Positions 27,940 through 36,448 of a DNA stretch of 36,840 nt are shown one piece after another. The notes under the pieces were generated by a model. The model was not told the origin of the DNA. It worked only from the letters and a program-made list of their open reading frames with translations, and made no database searches. How positions within the stretch are numbered: position 1 is the first letter of the stretch; every line of letters begins with the position of its first letter. Source of the stretch: a bacterium (GTDB taxonomy: Bacteria > Hydrothermota > Tepidihabitantia > Tepidihabitantales > Tepidihabitantaceae); contig JAWOHE010000098.1 of assembly GCA_046485285.1 (NCBI GenBank), forward strand, positions 1-36,840, in the 5' to 3' direction. The translations under genes were made by a program, and so were the position numbers.

Positions 27940-28018
27940 GTCAGTCTCAGGGCCGGCGGCCGAACGCCCGTACTGCCTGACCGGGTCCTGGCCACCGGCA
28001 GCAAAGGAGTCAAGAACT

Positions 28019-29509
28019 ATGACCAGTCAAGACACGGCAACCGTAGTCCGCGAACAGCTCGACCGGATGCGCTCGTCCGGCTGCAGCTTCGCCGACGCCC
28101 GCCTCTACGAGGAAGACGCGAGCCAGCGCGTGGTGCTCTACGACGGCAACCTGGAAAGTAACAACCGCGGGTTCGAGCGGGGCATCGGCGTCCGGGTCCT
28201 CTACGAGGGGGCTTGGGGCTTTGCCGCCACCGCCGACCTTGGCGCGATCGCGGCCTGCTTCGACCGCGCGCTGGCCAACGCCCGCGCTGCGGCCCGGCTG
28301 CCCGGGTTCCCCAAGGACATGGGCCCGGCGCGTCCGACCCGGGGTGAGTACCGCGCCCCGGTCGTCAAGGACCCGTTCGACATCCCGCTCTCCGACAAGC
28401 TCGCCTTCCTGACCGGCATCGACGCCCACCTCAAGGACGAGTCGGTCAGGCAGCGGATGGTCCACGCCCGCTTCCAGCGGCGGCGCATCCGCTACTGGAA
28501 CACCGAGGGCACCGACGTCAGCCGGTTCGTCAGCAACACCTTCGCGACGATGTTGGTGATGGCGCCAGACAAGGAGGGCCGCACCCAGCGCCGGAGCGTC
28601 GAGCTCTTCTCGGACGGCACCGGAACCCGGGGCTGGGAGTGGCTCTCGAACCCCGACTGCTTCGCCGGCCACGCCGAGCGCATCAGATCCGAGCTGTCCC
28701 AGATCGTCGCCGCCGACCCGATGCCGCCCGGCCGGCGCGACCTCATCATCCTGCCTGGCCAGGGCTTCCTCCAGGTCCACGAAACCATCGGCCACGCCCT
28801 CGAACTCGACCGCATCCTCGGCTACGAACTCTCCTTCGCCGGCGGCTCGCACGTCCGGCCCGAGATGATCGGCACGCTGCGCTACGGCTCGGACAAGCTC
28901 AACTGCCGCGCCGGCGTCACGCCCAACTCGCCCGGCACCTTCGGCTTTGACGACGAGGGCACGCCCCAGCGCGACTACTACCTCATCAGGAAGGGCATCC
29001 TGGTGAATGTCCTGTCCTCGCGCACCGACCTTGCCGAGGCCAACGCCCGGGCGGGCAGGACCGTCGTCGCCGAGTCGGGGACCGCGGCGCGGGCCTGCGC
29101 CTTCTACCGCACGCCGATCGACCGGATGACCAATATCAACATCGACCCGGGCGACGACGGCACCCTCGACGACATCATCGCGGCGACCGACGACGGCATT
29201 GTTGTCGACGTGCCGGTGTCCTGGTCGATCGGGTCGAACCGCGAGCACTTCCACTTCGCGACCGAAATCGCCTGGGAGGTCAAGAACGGCCGGCGCGGCC
29301 GGGTCTTCAAGAACCCGACCTACCAGGGACACACCCTCGAGTTCTGGCGATCGCTCGACAAGGTCGGTGACAAGTCGACCTGGCTCCTCCAGTCGGTGCC
29401 CAACTGCGGCAAGGGCGAGCCCAACCAGATAATGGAACTCGGCCACGGCATCCCGGTGATGCGGTTCAGCAACGTCCAGTGCGGCGAGGCGGAAGCCGCC
29501 CGGAAGTAA
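28019..29509 (+). CDS. tldD: TldD-family metalloprotease
   Basis: GIGVRVL..GAWGFA, HETIGHALE (HExxGH), DDEG, RMTN and CGK. ATG 28019 follows SD AAAGGAG. Confidence 0.9.
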   Translation: MTSQDTATVVREQLDRMRSSGCSFADARLYEEDASQRVVLYDGNLESNNRGFERGIGVRVLYEGAWGFAATADLGAIAACFDRALANARAAARLPGFPKDMGPARPTRGEYRAPVVKDPFDIPLSDKLAFLTGIDAHLKDESVRQRMVHARFQRRRIRYWNTEGTDVSRFVSNTFATMLVMAPDKEGRTQRRSVELFSDGTGTRGWEWLSNPDCFAGHAERIRSELSQIVAADPMPPGRRDLIILPGQGFLQVHETIGHALELDRILGYELSFAGGSHVRPEMIGTLRYGSDKLNCRAGVTPNSPGTFGFDDEGTPQRDYYLIRKGILVNVLSSRTDLAEANARAGRTVVAESGTAARACAFYRTPIDRMTNINIDPGDDGTLDDIIAATDDGIVVDVPVSWSIGSNREHFHFATEIAWEVKNGRRGRVFKNPTYQGHTLEFWRSLDKVGDKSTWLLQSVPNCGKGEPNQIMELGHGIPVMRFSNVQCGEAEAARK

Positions 29510-29519
29510 AGGAGCGACG

Positions 29520-30899
29520 ATGATCGACAACAAGACCCGCGAACTCATCACCCGGGCCCGCGACGAGGCCCGCAAGGCCGGCCTCAACGTCGAACTCCAG
29601 CTCCACCGCGAGCAATCGAGCCTGATCCGGCTCGGCAACTCGTCGGTCGCGCTCTCCACCCACGAGGAGCTGACCCGGCTCGACGTCTCGGCCCAGGACG
29701 GCCGCAAGGTCGGCTCGTTCTCGCTCACCGCGGAAATCGTCTCGGCCGACCAGCTCCGCGAAGCCGTCGGCCACGCCGTCGAGAACTGCCGCGCGGCCCT
29801 GCCCAAGGACTACGACCCGATCTTCGGCGCGGTCGAGGAGGCGGTCGACGACTCCTCCGGCTACGACCCCGCGCTCGAAACGCTCTCGCCCGAGGCCAAG
29901 ACCGAGCTCTGCGCCGCGGTCATCAAGGCGGTCAAGCCCCGGGGACGCTACGACTTCTCCGGTTCGTGGTCGACCGGCTCGGCCGAGATGTACTACACGA
30001 CGACCGCCAACGACCGGGAGTGCTATCGCCGGCTCACCGACGGCCGCTTCGTGCTGGTGCTCAAGGAACAGGACCGCAAGTGGGAGCTCCAGGTCGAGCT
30101 GACCCAGAAGAAGGCCGGCGCGTTCGCCGCCGACGAAGTCATCGCCCGGTTCGACGCGCTCCTGCCGGTCTACGAGAAAAACCAGGGCCACGCCGCCGCG
30201 CCCGGCCGCCAGCGCGTCCTGTTCGGCGAGCAGGCAATCGCCCAGCTCGTGTCGCTGGCAATCTGGGGCGGCTTCATCGGCCGGTCCTGGGAAGAGAAAC
30301 GCTCCTGGACCGCCGGTAACAAGCCCGGCGACAAGATCCTCGCCGACGCCATCACCATCACCGACGACCCGACCAATCTCCACGTCTTCGGGATGCCCTT
30401 CGACTTCTCCGGCCGGCGCCGTCGGCCGTTCCCGATTGTCGAGCGCGGCGTCCTTCGGGGCCTCTTCTACGACTCGGCCACCGCCGCCCGCTACGGTCGT
30501 CAGCCGACCGGCCACGACCTCGGCTCCTCGGACATCGTCCTCGCCACCGGCGACGGGCCGGCCGGGCTCGAAGCCGCGCGCCAGTTCGCCGGAGACGCAC
30601 TCTACATCCCGCACCTGCACTACATCCACATGCCCGACCCGACCAAGGGGCTCTTCACCGGCTCCTCGCGGTTCAACGCGATGCTCATCAAGGGCGGCAA
30701 GTTCACCGCACCGCTGTTCTCGACCCGGGTCACCGACACAAGCCCGTCGGTGTTCAACAACGTCGTTGCGATGAGCTCGCTCGCGGTGGCGCAGAACGAA
30801 AGCGGCACCTACGGCCGGCGCACGCCCGAGGCGATGGCCGTCCCCGAATGGCTGCTCTGCGACAACGTCCGCATCTCCGACGTCGCCGACAGCTTCTAA
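29520..30899 (+). CDS. TldE/PmbA-family protein
   Basis: It follows tldD after SD AAAGGAG. It has ITITDDP, PFD..G, 'IVERGVLRGLFYD..TA' and TGH, and lacks HExxH as expected for the TldE partner. Confidence 0.85.
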   Translation: MIDNKTRELITRARDEARKAGLNVELQLHREQSSLIRLGNSSVALSTHEELTRLDVSAQDGRKVGSFSLTAEIVSADQLREAVGHAVENCRAALPKDYDPIFGAVEEAVDDSSGYDPALETLSPEAKTELCAAVIKAVKPRGRYDFSGSWSTGSAEMYYTTTANDRECYRRLTDGRFVLVLKEQDRKWELQVELTQKKAGAFAADEVIARFDALLPVYEKNQGHAAAPGRQRVLFGEQAIAQLVSLAIWGGFIGRSWEEKRSWTAGNKPGDKILADAITITDDPTNLHVFGMPFDFSGRRRRPFPIVERGVLRGLFYDSATAARYGRQPTGHDLGSSDIVLATGDGPAGLEAARQFAGDALYIPHLHYIHMPDPTKGLFTGSSRFNAMLIKGGKFTAPLFSTRVTDTSPSVFNNVVAMSSLAVAQNESGTYGRRTPEAMAVPEWLLCDNVRISDVADSF

Positions 30900-30915
30900 G
30901 CGAACCCTGACCTCC

Positions 30916-30939
30916 CGGCGGGCCCCTGCGGGCCCGCCG
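30916..30939 (+). terminator. GC-rich hairpin after tldE (terminator-like)
   Basis: CGGCGGGCCC-CTGC-GGGCCCGCCG, a 10-bp stem 17 nt after the stop, with a weak U-tract. Confidence 0.55.
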
Positions 30940-30992
30940 CGCTTCTATACCGCCGCAAGACGGGTCAAGCACTCAGCCACCGACCGACCTCG

Positions 30993-31056
30993 GTCATCTC
31001 GACCGACGCCCCCTCCGGTCATTCCGACCGGAGCGCAGCGAAGCGGAGAAATCCCT
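30993..31056. repeat. REP-like palindromic element (one full plus one partial copy)
   Basis: GTCATCTCGACCG at 30993 and GTCATTCCGACCGGAGCGCAGCGAAGCGGAGAAATCCC at 31018 resemble the GTCATTYCGA...GAAATC family of short interspersed palindromes. Confidence 0.5.
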
Positions 31057-31432
31057 CTCCTGTTCCGGTTCCTGGTCCATTTTGACCTCGCTATGCCATC
31101 ATAACCCTCCCCAAATCAAAAGCCACTTTTGTCCCACTCTCTGTGAAGCATTTCAATCCCTCTCCGCCACTTCCGTTTCTGCCCTTACGGCTTCCGCGCT
31201 CTCCCTTCGTCCCTTCCCTCCTCCCCTTCCTTCCTCGTGCTCTTTGCGCCTTCCTCCTCGGCTCCGCTCCCGGCTCGCCGCCGCAACCCGCGTAACGCCG
31301 CACCCGGCGCGACCGTCTCTCCCGGGCCAGAGCCGGCCACCTTCGCATTACCAGCCATAGCCTATATTAGTGAAAACTAACGGCCTGCTCAGTTGGCGAA
31401 TCGTCGCAATCGGTTGGAAAATCAGCACTTCA

Positions 31433-31576
31433 TTTACCTCTGAATTTACCCCCTCCCCCATACCCGGGGTTACTCCCGGGGTTACTCCGGGGGTTACTCC
31501 GGGGGTTACTCCCGGGGTTACTGGGGTAGTTACTGGGGGAGTTACTCCGGGGGTTACTGGGGAAGTTACTCCGGGA
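31433..31576. repeat. 12-bp tandem repeat array (GTTACT-N6)
   Basis: GTTACT occurs at 31469, 31481, 31493, 31505, 31517, 31529, 31541, 31553 and 31565. In-register degenerate TTTACC copies occur at 31433 and 31445. Confidence 0.95.
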
Positions 31577-31639
31577 GTGCGGGTGGGGGTCGGGTTTCCG
31601 TGCCGCGGCTCGAAGCGCTCCGGGTCGTCTGCCGAAGCC

Positions 31640-33331
31640 TTACCTCGTCAGCACCAGCCTTGCCGACTCGCCGGTGTCCTGCCGCCGGACGAAGTACACC
31701 CCGGGGGCAAGATGCCGGACGTCGTTCTCGCCGGGTTGGAGTAGTGCGACTCGCCGGCCGTCCGGTGCGAACAGTCCGACGCCCTCGGTCCCGGCGAGAT
31801 GCACCGAGTACCGCGCCGGGTTGGGCCGGAGCCCTAGTGCCGGTCGGGTGACCGGTGCGGTCCGCGGCTCCTCAACCCCGGTGCCGTAGTACTGGCAAAC
31901 CTGCAGTCCGGTGAGTCCGTCCGCGACGTAGGTGAGGCCGCCCGCAGTCGTGACCTCCTCGGCGTAGCCCGGCGTGTCGTACCAGCCGACCTCGACCGGC
32001 CGGGTTGGGTCGGCCACCGAAATGACCCGCAGGCCGGCATGCGCATCCGCGACATGGACGAGGCCGCCGGTCGCTGCCACGCTCAGCGTGTAGCTGTTCG
32101 TGCGACGGTAGCCGACCTCGACCGGCCGCGCGGGGTCGGCGATGGAGATGACCCGGAGCCCGGCAGACCCGCTCGCGACGAATGCGTGACCGCCGGCCAG
32201 CGCAACGCCGACCGGCGTTCCCGGCAGGCTGCAGTAGCCGACCTCGACCGGACAGGTCGAGTCCGCGACCGAGACGACCCGCAACAGCCCGGTATACCCG
32301 TCCGCGACACCCGCGTATCCGCCCGCGACCGCGACGCCCCGGACGCCGCCCGGCGTGGCGAAACTGCCTGCCTCGACCGGGTCGGCCGGGTCGGCGATTG
32401 AGATGACCCTAAGACCGTCGAAGCCGTCGGCAAGATGGGCATGGTCGCCCGCGACCGCGACGCTGGATGCGTAGCCCGGCGTGTCGCAGTGGCCGACTTC
32501 GACCGGCTGGCCGGGGTCGGCAATCGAGATGGCCCGCAGGCCGGAGTCGCCGTCCGCGAGGTAGGCGTGGTCGCCCGCGACCGCGACGCCGACGGCGTAG
32601 CCCGGCGTGTCGCAGTAGCCGACCTCGGTCGGCCGGGTGGAGTCGGCGATGGAGATGACCCGGAGCCCGCCGTCCCCGTTCGCCAGATACGCGTTATCGC
32701 CGGCGATGGCGACCCCGTGGACCTTGTAGCGCGTGATGTAGTGACCCACCAGGTCCGGCCGGGCGGGGTCGGCGACCGACAGCACCCACAGCCCGAAGGC
32801 CCCGTCGGCGAGGTAGGCATGGTCGCCCGCGACCGCGATGCCGTGCGCTTCGCCCGGCGTATTCCATTCGTAGACCTCGACCGGCCGGGCAGGGTCGGCA
32901 ACCGAAATGACCCGAAGCCCGTCAGAGCCGTCCGCGACGTAGGCGTGGTCATTCGCCACCGCGACGAAGCGAGCAACGCCCGGAGTATTGCAGGTACCAA
33001 GCCGGGCCGGGCGACGGGGGTCGGCAACGTCCCAGATGTCGAGTCCCGCGACTCCCGCGGTGACATAGAGCCGGTCATCAAGGTACGCAAGCCCGAGGAC
33101 CCGGCCAGGAGTGTGAATCGCCTCGGACAGCTTGACCGGCCGGGCCGGGTCCGATACGTCCAGCATGTAGACCCCGCCGCCCGAGCCGCAGAAGGCCAGC
33201 TCGCGGGCCGGGTCCAGCGCAACGGCCTCCGACGGCCCGAACGGCCAGTTGCCGACCAGCCGGCAGTTCACCTGGGCAGAGGCCGCTCCGGCCAACAGCA
33301 CAAGGCACGACATCACGATTGACTTCCGCAT
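31640..33331 (-). CDS. Secreted LVIVD-repeat protein with T9SS-like C-terminal domain
   Basis: Signal peptide ending ASA-Q, about 10 ~42-aa repeats 'AYVADG..GLRVISVADP..PVEVG..DTPG', and a C-tail PNP...[35 protein letters not shown]. Confidence 0.88.
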   Translation of the reverse strand: MRKSIVMSCLVLLAGAASAQVNCRLVGNWPFGPSEAVALDPARELAFCGSGGGVYMLDVSDPARPVKLSEAIHTPGRVLGLAYLDDRLYVTAGVAGLDIWDVADPRRPARLGTCNTPGVARFVAVANDHAYVADGSDGLRVISVADPARPVEVYEWNTPGEAHGIAVAGDHAYLADGAFGLWVLSVADPARPDLVGHYITRYKVHGVAIAGDNAYLANGDGGLRVISIADSTRPTEVGYCDTPGYAVGVAVAGDHAYLADGDSGLRAISIADPGQPVEVGHCDTPGYASSVAVAGDHAHLADGFDGLRVISIADPADPVEAGSFATPGGVRGVAVAGGYAGVADGYTGLLRVVSVADSTCPVEVGYCSLPGTPVGVALAGGHAFVASGSAGLRVISIADPARPVEVGYRRTNSYTLSVAATGGLVHVADAHAGLRVISVADPTRPVEVGWYDTPGYAEEVTTAGGLTYVADGLTGLQVCQYYGTGVEEPRTAPVTRPALGLRPNPARYSVHLAGTEGVGLFAPDGRRVALLQPGENDVRHLAPGVYFVRRQDTGESARLVLTR

Positions 33332-33340
33332 CGCTCCTCC

Positions 33341-34774
33341 TTATCTGGCAATCACGACCTTGGTGATGCCGCCGGCTTCGCGCCCTGCGCCCGGCGCTTC
33401 CCGCACGAAGTACACCCCGGACAACAGGTGCCGGACGTCGTTCTCACCCGGTCGCAGCAGGAGCACCCTCCGGCCGTCCGGCGCGTAGAGCCCGACGCTC
33501 TCGGCCCCGGACAGTCGGAGGAGATTCCGGGCCGGGTTGGGCGAGATGGCCAGCGCCGGAACCGAGCGCGGGCCCGGGCCGCGCCCCTCGGCAATGCCGG
33601 ACGGCAGGTCGCGCAGGACGTGGATTGCGGTCGTGTCTGCGCCGATGGCGAAGATGCGCTCCCGGACCGGGTCAAGCTGGATGGAGTACGGCGACCACCG
33701 CTGGCCGGGCAGGTATAACTCCGGGATGATGACCGAGTCGGTCTCGCAGTCCAGCACGGCCAGGTGACTCCACCGGTCGGCCCTGGCTTCGAAGTACACC
33801 CGGTTGCTCCACGGCACCCAGACGACGTACCTCTCCGAGCCCCTGCCCCGGTAGCCGATGCGCCGGGTGGTCCTGGCTGTCGAGTCTCGGGGTGCGGCGT
33901 CGAAGATGAAGAGCGTGCAGAGGAAGTTGTTTTCGTTCCCCCCGATGTAGACCTTGTCCATCAGGGTATTGACCGCGACCGGTCCACGCCCGTCGTTGCC
34001 ATGACCATAGGCCTCGAACGGGAAGAGGCATATCAGCCTCATCCGGTCGGTGTCGATGACCCCGGCACGCGAGGAAACGCTGAATCCCTCGTCTGACACG
34101 AAGTAGGCCGTGCGCGACGGGTGGTGGAAGGCCAGCTTGTTCGGCGGCGCGCAGCCCAGCCTGAACAGCGCGAGCAGGGAGTCGGTCGCGACGTCGTGCA
34201 CCGACATGTAGACCGGCGCGCCCCAGGAAGACCAGCTCGTGTAGACCCGGTCCGCAACCGAGTCCCAGGTCACTTTGGACGGTTCCAGACCTACTGGCGA
34301 CGGGATGACCTTGACCACCGCGTCCGTCTCGCAATCCCAGACCATGATTACGCGTCCGGGCTGGCCGCCGACAGAAAATGGCGCCCCATACAACTGGTCC
34401 TTCGATGCCACGTAATCGATGCTCTTGCACTCGGTCGAAATCCAGCGCGCGGTGTCCGCGTCTGCGTAGATGACCAACATCCTGCCGTCGTCGTCCTCCG
34501 GATAGAACGTCTGGAAGGTGGCGTAGAGCTTGCGCCGGAGGGGATTCCAGGCAAACTCGGCAGAGCCAAAGGACCCGGTCACGAATTCGGCGGTCTTCTG
34601 CCAGGTCGAGCAGTCCAGGACGATGAGACGGTCAGACGCCATCAGGTACAGCTTGTTGAGTTCGGGGACATAGTGGCCGTTGAACAGCAGGCGCGCGAGG
34701 TCAATGACGGTGTCCACCTCGACCTGGGCGGATAGAACCAGCGGCAGGGTCAGCAGGAACAAGAACTTCTTCAT
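33341..34774 (-). CDS. Secreted YncE/YVTN-like beta-propeller protein with T9SS-like C-terminal domain
   Basis: Signal peptide MKKFLFLL..LSA-Q, repeats 'KLY/RVY...V.DC.TD.V', and a C-tail PNP...PDGRRV..RPGENDVRHLLSGVYFVR. SD AAGGAGG. Confidence 0.82.
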   Translation of the reverse strand: MKKFLFLLTLPLVLSAQVEVDTVIDLARLLFNGHYVPELNKLYLMASDRLIVLDCSTWQKTAEFVTGSFGSAEFAWNPLRRKLYATFQTFYPEDDDGRMLVIYADADTARWISTECKSIDYVASKDQLYGAPFSVGGQPGRVIMVWDCETDAVVKVIPSPVGLEPSKVTWDSVADRVYTSWSSWGAPVYMSVHDVATDSLLALFRLGCAPPNKLAFHHPSRTAYFVSDEGFSVSSRAGVIDTDRMRLICLFPFEAYGHGNDGRGPVAVNTLMDKVYIGGNENNFLCTLFIFDAAPRDSTARTTRRIGYRGRGSERYVVWVPWSNRVYFEARADRWSHLAVLDCETDSVIIPELYLPGQRWSPYSIQLDPVRERIFAIGADTTAIHVLRDLPSGIAEGRGPGPRSVPALAISPNPARNLLRLSGAESVGLYAPDGRRVLLLRPGENDVRHLLSGVYFVREAPGAGREAGGITKVVIAR

Positions 34775-34787
34775 CGCGCTCCTCCTT

Positions 34788-34817
34788 GCAGGGGCCGCGG
34801 ATGCCCGCGGCCCCTGC
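34788..34817. other. Perfect 13-bp intergenic stem-loop
   Basis: GCAGGGGCCGCGG-ATGC-CCGCGGCCCCTGC. On the - strand it is followed immediately by SD AAGGAGG rather than a U-tract. Confidence 0.7.
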
Positions 34818-34826
34818 TTGAGTCCA

Positions 34827-36448
34827 CTACCTCACGATCGCCTTGAGATTGGCCTGCAGCGGACCGGCGGCAAGGACGATGAAGTATGCGCCGGCCCGGA
34901 CGCCGGATGCCTTCGGGTTCCAGCGCAGTTCCTGGGCGCCGGCGGACTGTCGGCCGGAATGTAGGGTGGCGACGACCCGACCGGTCACGTCGCAGAGCGT
35001 GACCCGGACCGGGCCGGCCGCCTCGAGGCAGTACTCGAGCGCCAGCTCATCTCCACGGCTGACGATTCGAGCGCCTGCCACCATCGGCAGGGACCGGCCC
35101 GACTGCCCGCCTCCAACCCTCTGCTGGTCGTCGTCAATCAGTAGCAGGCGCCAGAACTCGTTACTGCCGTGGCCGAGAATCAGGTACAGCCAGTCTTGCG
35201 GCACCTCCTCAGAGTCGTCGTGGTGCGCGTAGGCGAGCGAAGCGCCCGGCTCCAAGCGCGCAGGGAGTGTGGCGTTTATCCACGACCAGTCCGGCATATC
35301 GTGCTTGTACGGGTAGCTCGGCCAGGTATCCCCGAATACGGCGCGAGGCTTTTCCCACTTGGCGTCCGGGGTCGGGGTAACGAGGTCCGTGCCCCACGGC
35401 TGGGGATGCGGGGTAGGGACCCAACCCACGGGCCAGCAGGAGTCCGTGACGTCGTAGAGCAGGAGAGCGCGATAGTCGGTGCCGCCCGGGAAGGCTACCA
35501 GCGCCTCGGACGCGTAGTTGAGATAGTGACGCTTGTAGTCGAAGGCGAGTGCCGCCCCTCCCTCGACGGATGATGCCCCGATTGGAGGCAGCTTGACCCA
35601 GCCAACATCGACCCTGAAGTCGCGCACCGCGCTCCAGGACCAGCCGCCGAAACCGTCGCTGGTCCCGGTCTTCCAGAAGTGGTCGCCCTTCTCCAGCGAC
35701 GTCGTCGTCTGGTACGATGGCGACTGGGTCTGTACGTCGAGGACGACGTCGCTGAACGCCTCATCCCGGGCCAGCATCAGCCGGTACTCGTTGCAGTCCG
35801 GGGAGGCCGGCCACGCAAACGGCGGCGTGACATCGCCGATGACCGTGCCGCTCTCCGGGCAGACGCTGTCCAGCGCGACGAGCTCGTACGGGATGGCGTA
35901 GCGCCAGAACTCCCTGGACCCGCCCCGCAGGCAGTACAGCCAGCCCGGGTTCGGGTATGTCACCACCCGGGGAGGATATCCTGCCCGGCCATGGGCCAGC
36001 GATGCGCCCGGCCCCAGCCAGTTGAACTCGTCGATCGCCTCGTCGTTCAGCTCCTCCTCGTCCATGTCGTACCAGTACAGCATCGGGTCTTCGCCGTCGT
36101 CCTCGTTCCCGGCAAACCAGACCGCTCCGGAGCTGGCCTGCAACCCGGGCTGGTAGGCAATCGCCACACGCTCAAGTGGCAGGTTGGTCTCATCTACCAT
36201 GTGCCAGGTGTCGTCGGTCGGATCGTAGGCGAGCAGATACGCCATATCTGAGTCCGAGACCGAGAAGATGCCCCAGACACGGCCGTCACCGAAGGCGATG
36301 GCCGCTTCCGACTCCACCGGATAGCAGGCCGGCACGTCAGCAAGGCGCTCCCAGTACTGCGCGAGGGCCGTCGCCGTCAGGGCCGCGAGGGCCAAGAGCA
36401 GCAGGACTACAGGGGGGGGGCGTTTGTGTATTGATTGTGTCGGTGCAT
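34827..36448 (-). CDS. Secreted Kelch-like/Ig-domain protein with FlgD-like/T9SS C-terminal domain; frameshifted at a C9 tract near its start
   Basis: SD AAAGGAGG + ATG 36448 reads MHRHNQYTNAPPL*. The signal peptide VVLLLLALAALTATALA-Q and the body are in another frame, and adding one C joins them. C-tail CDVTGRVVATL..G...AG...W....AGAYFI. Confidence 0.78.

Noticed and set aside
30941-31110. TTGACC hexamers at 30968-30963 (-) and 31082-31087 (+) as promoters
   Set aside because: Neither has a TANNNT-like -10 box at 16-18 bp spacing.
31433-31576. Possible CRISPR array
   Set aside because: The period is only 12 bp with a 6-bp constant part. There are no unique 25-45 bp spacers and no cas genes.
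31370-31744. 124-aa ORF with GVTP repeats
   Set aside because: It has no SD, uses non-host codons (GTT, ACT) and overlaps the convergent LVIVD gene by about 100 nt. It is better explained as a by-product of the DNA repeat, though not formally excluded.
31900-33200. ~126-bp DNA repeats as a mobile or DGR-type repeat
   Set aside because: They are the coding LVIVD repeats. I saw no adenine-specific TR/VR pattern and there is no reverse transcriptase in the window.
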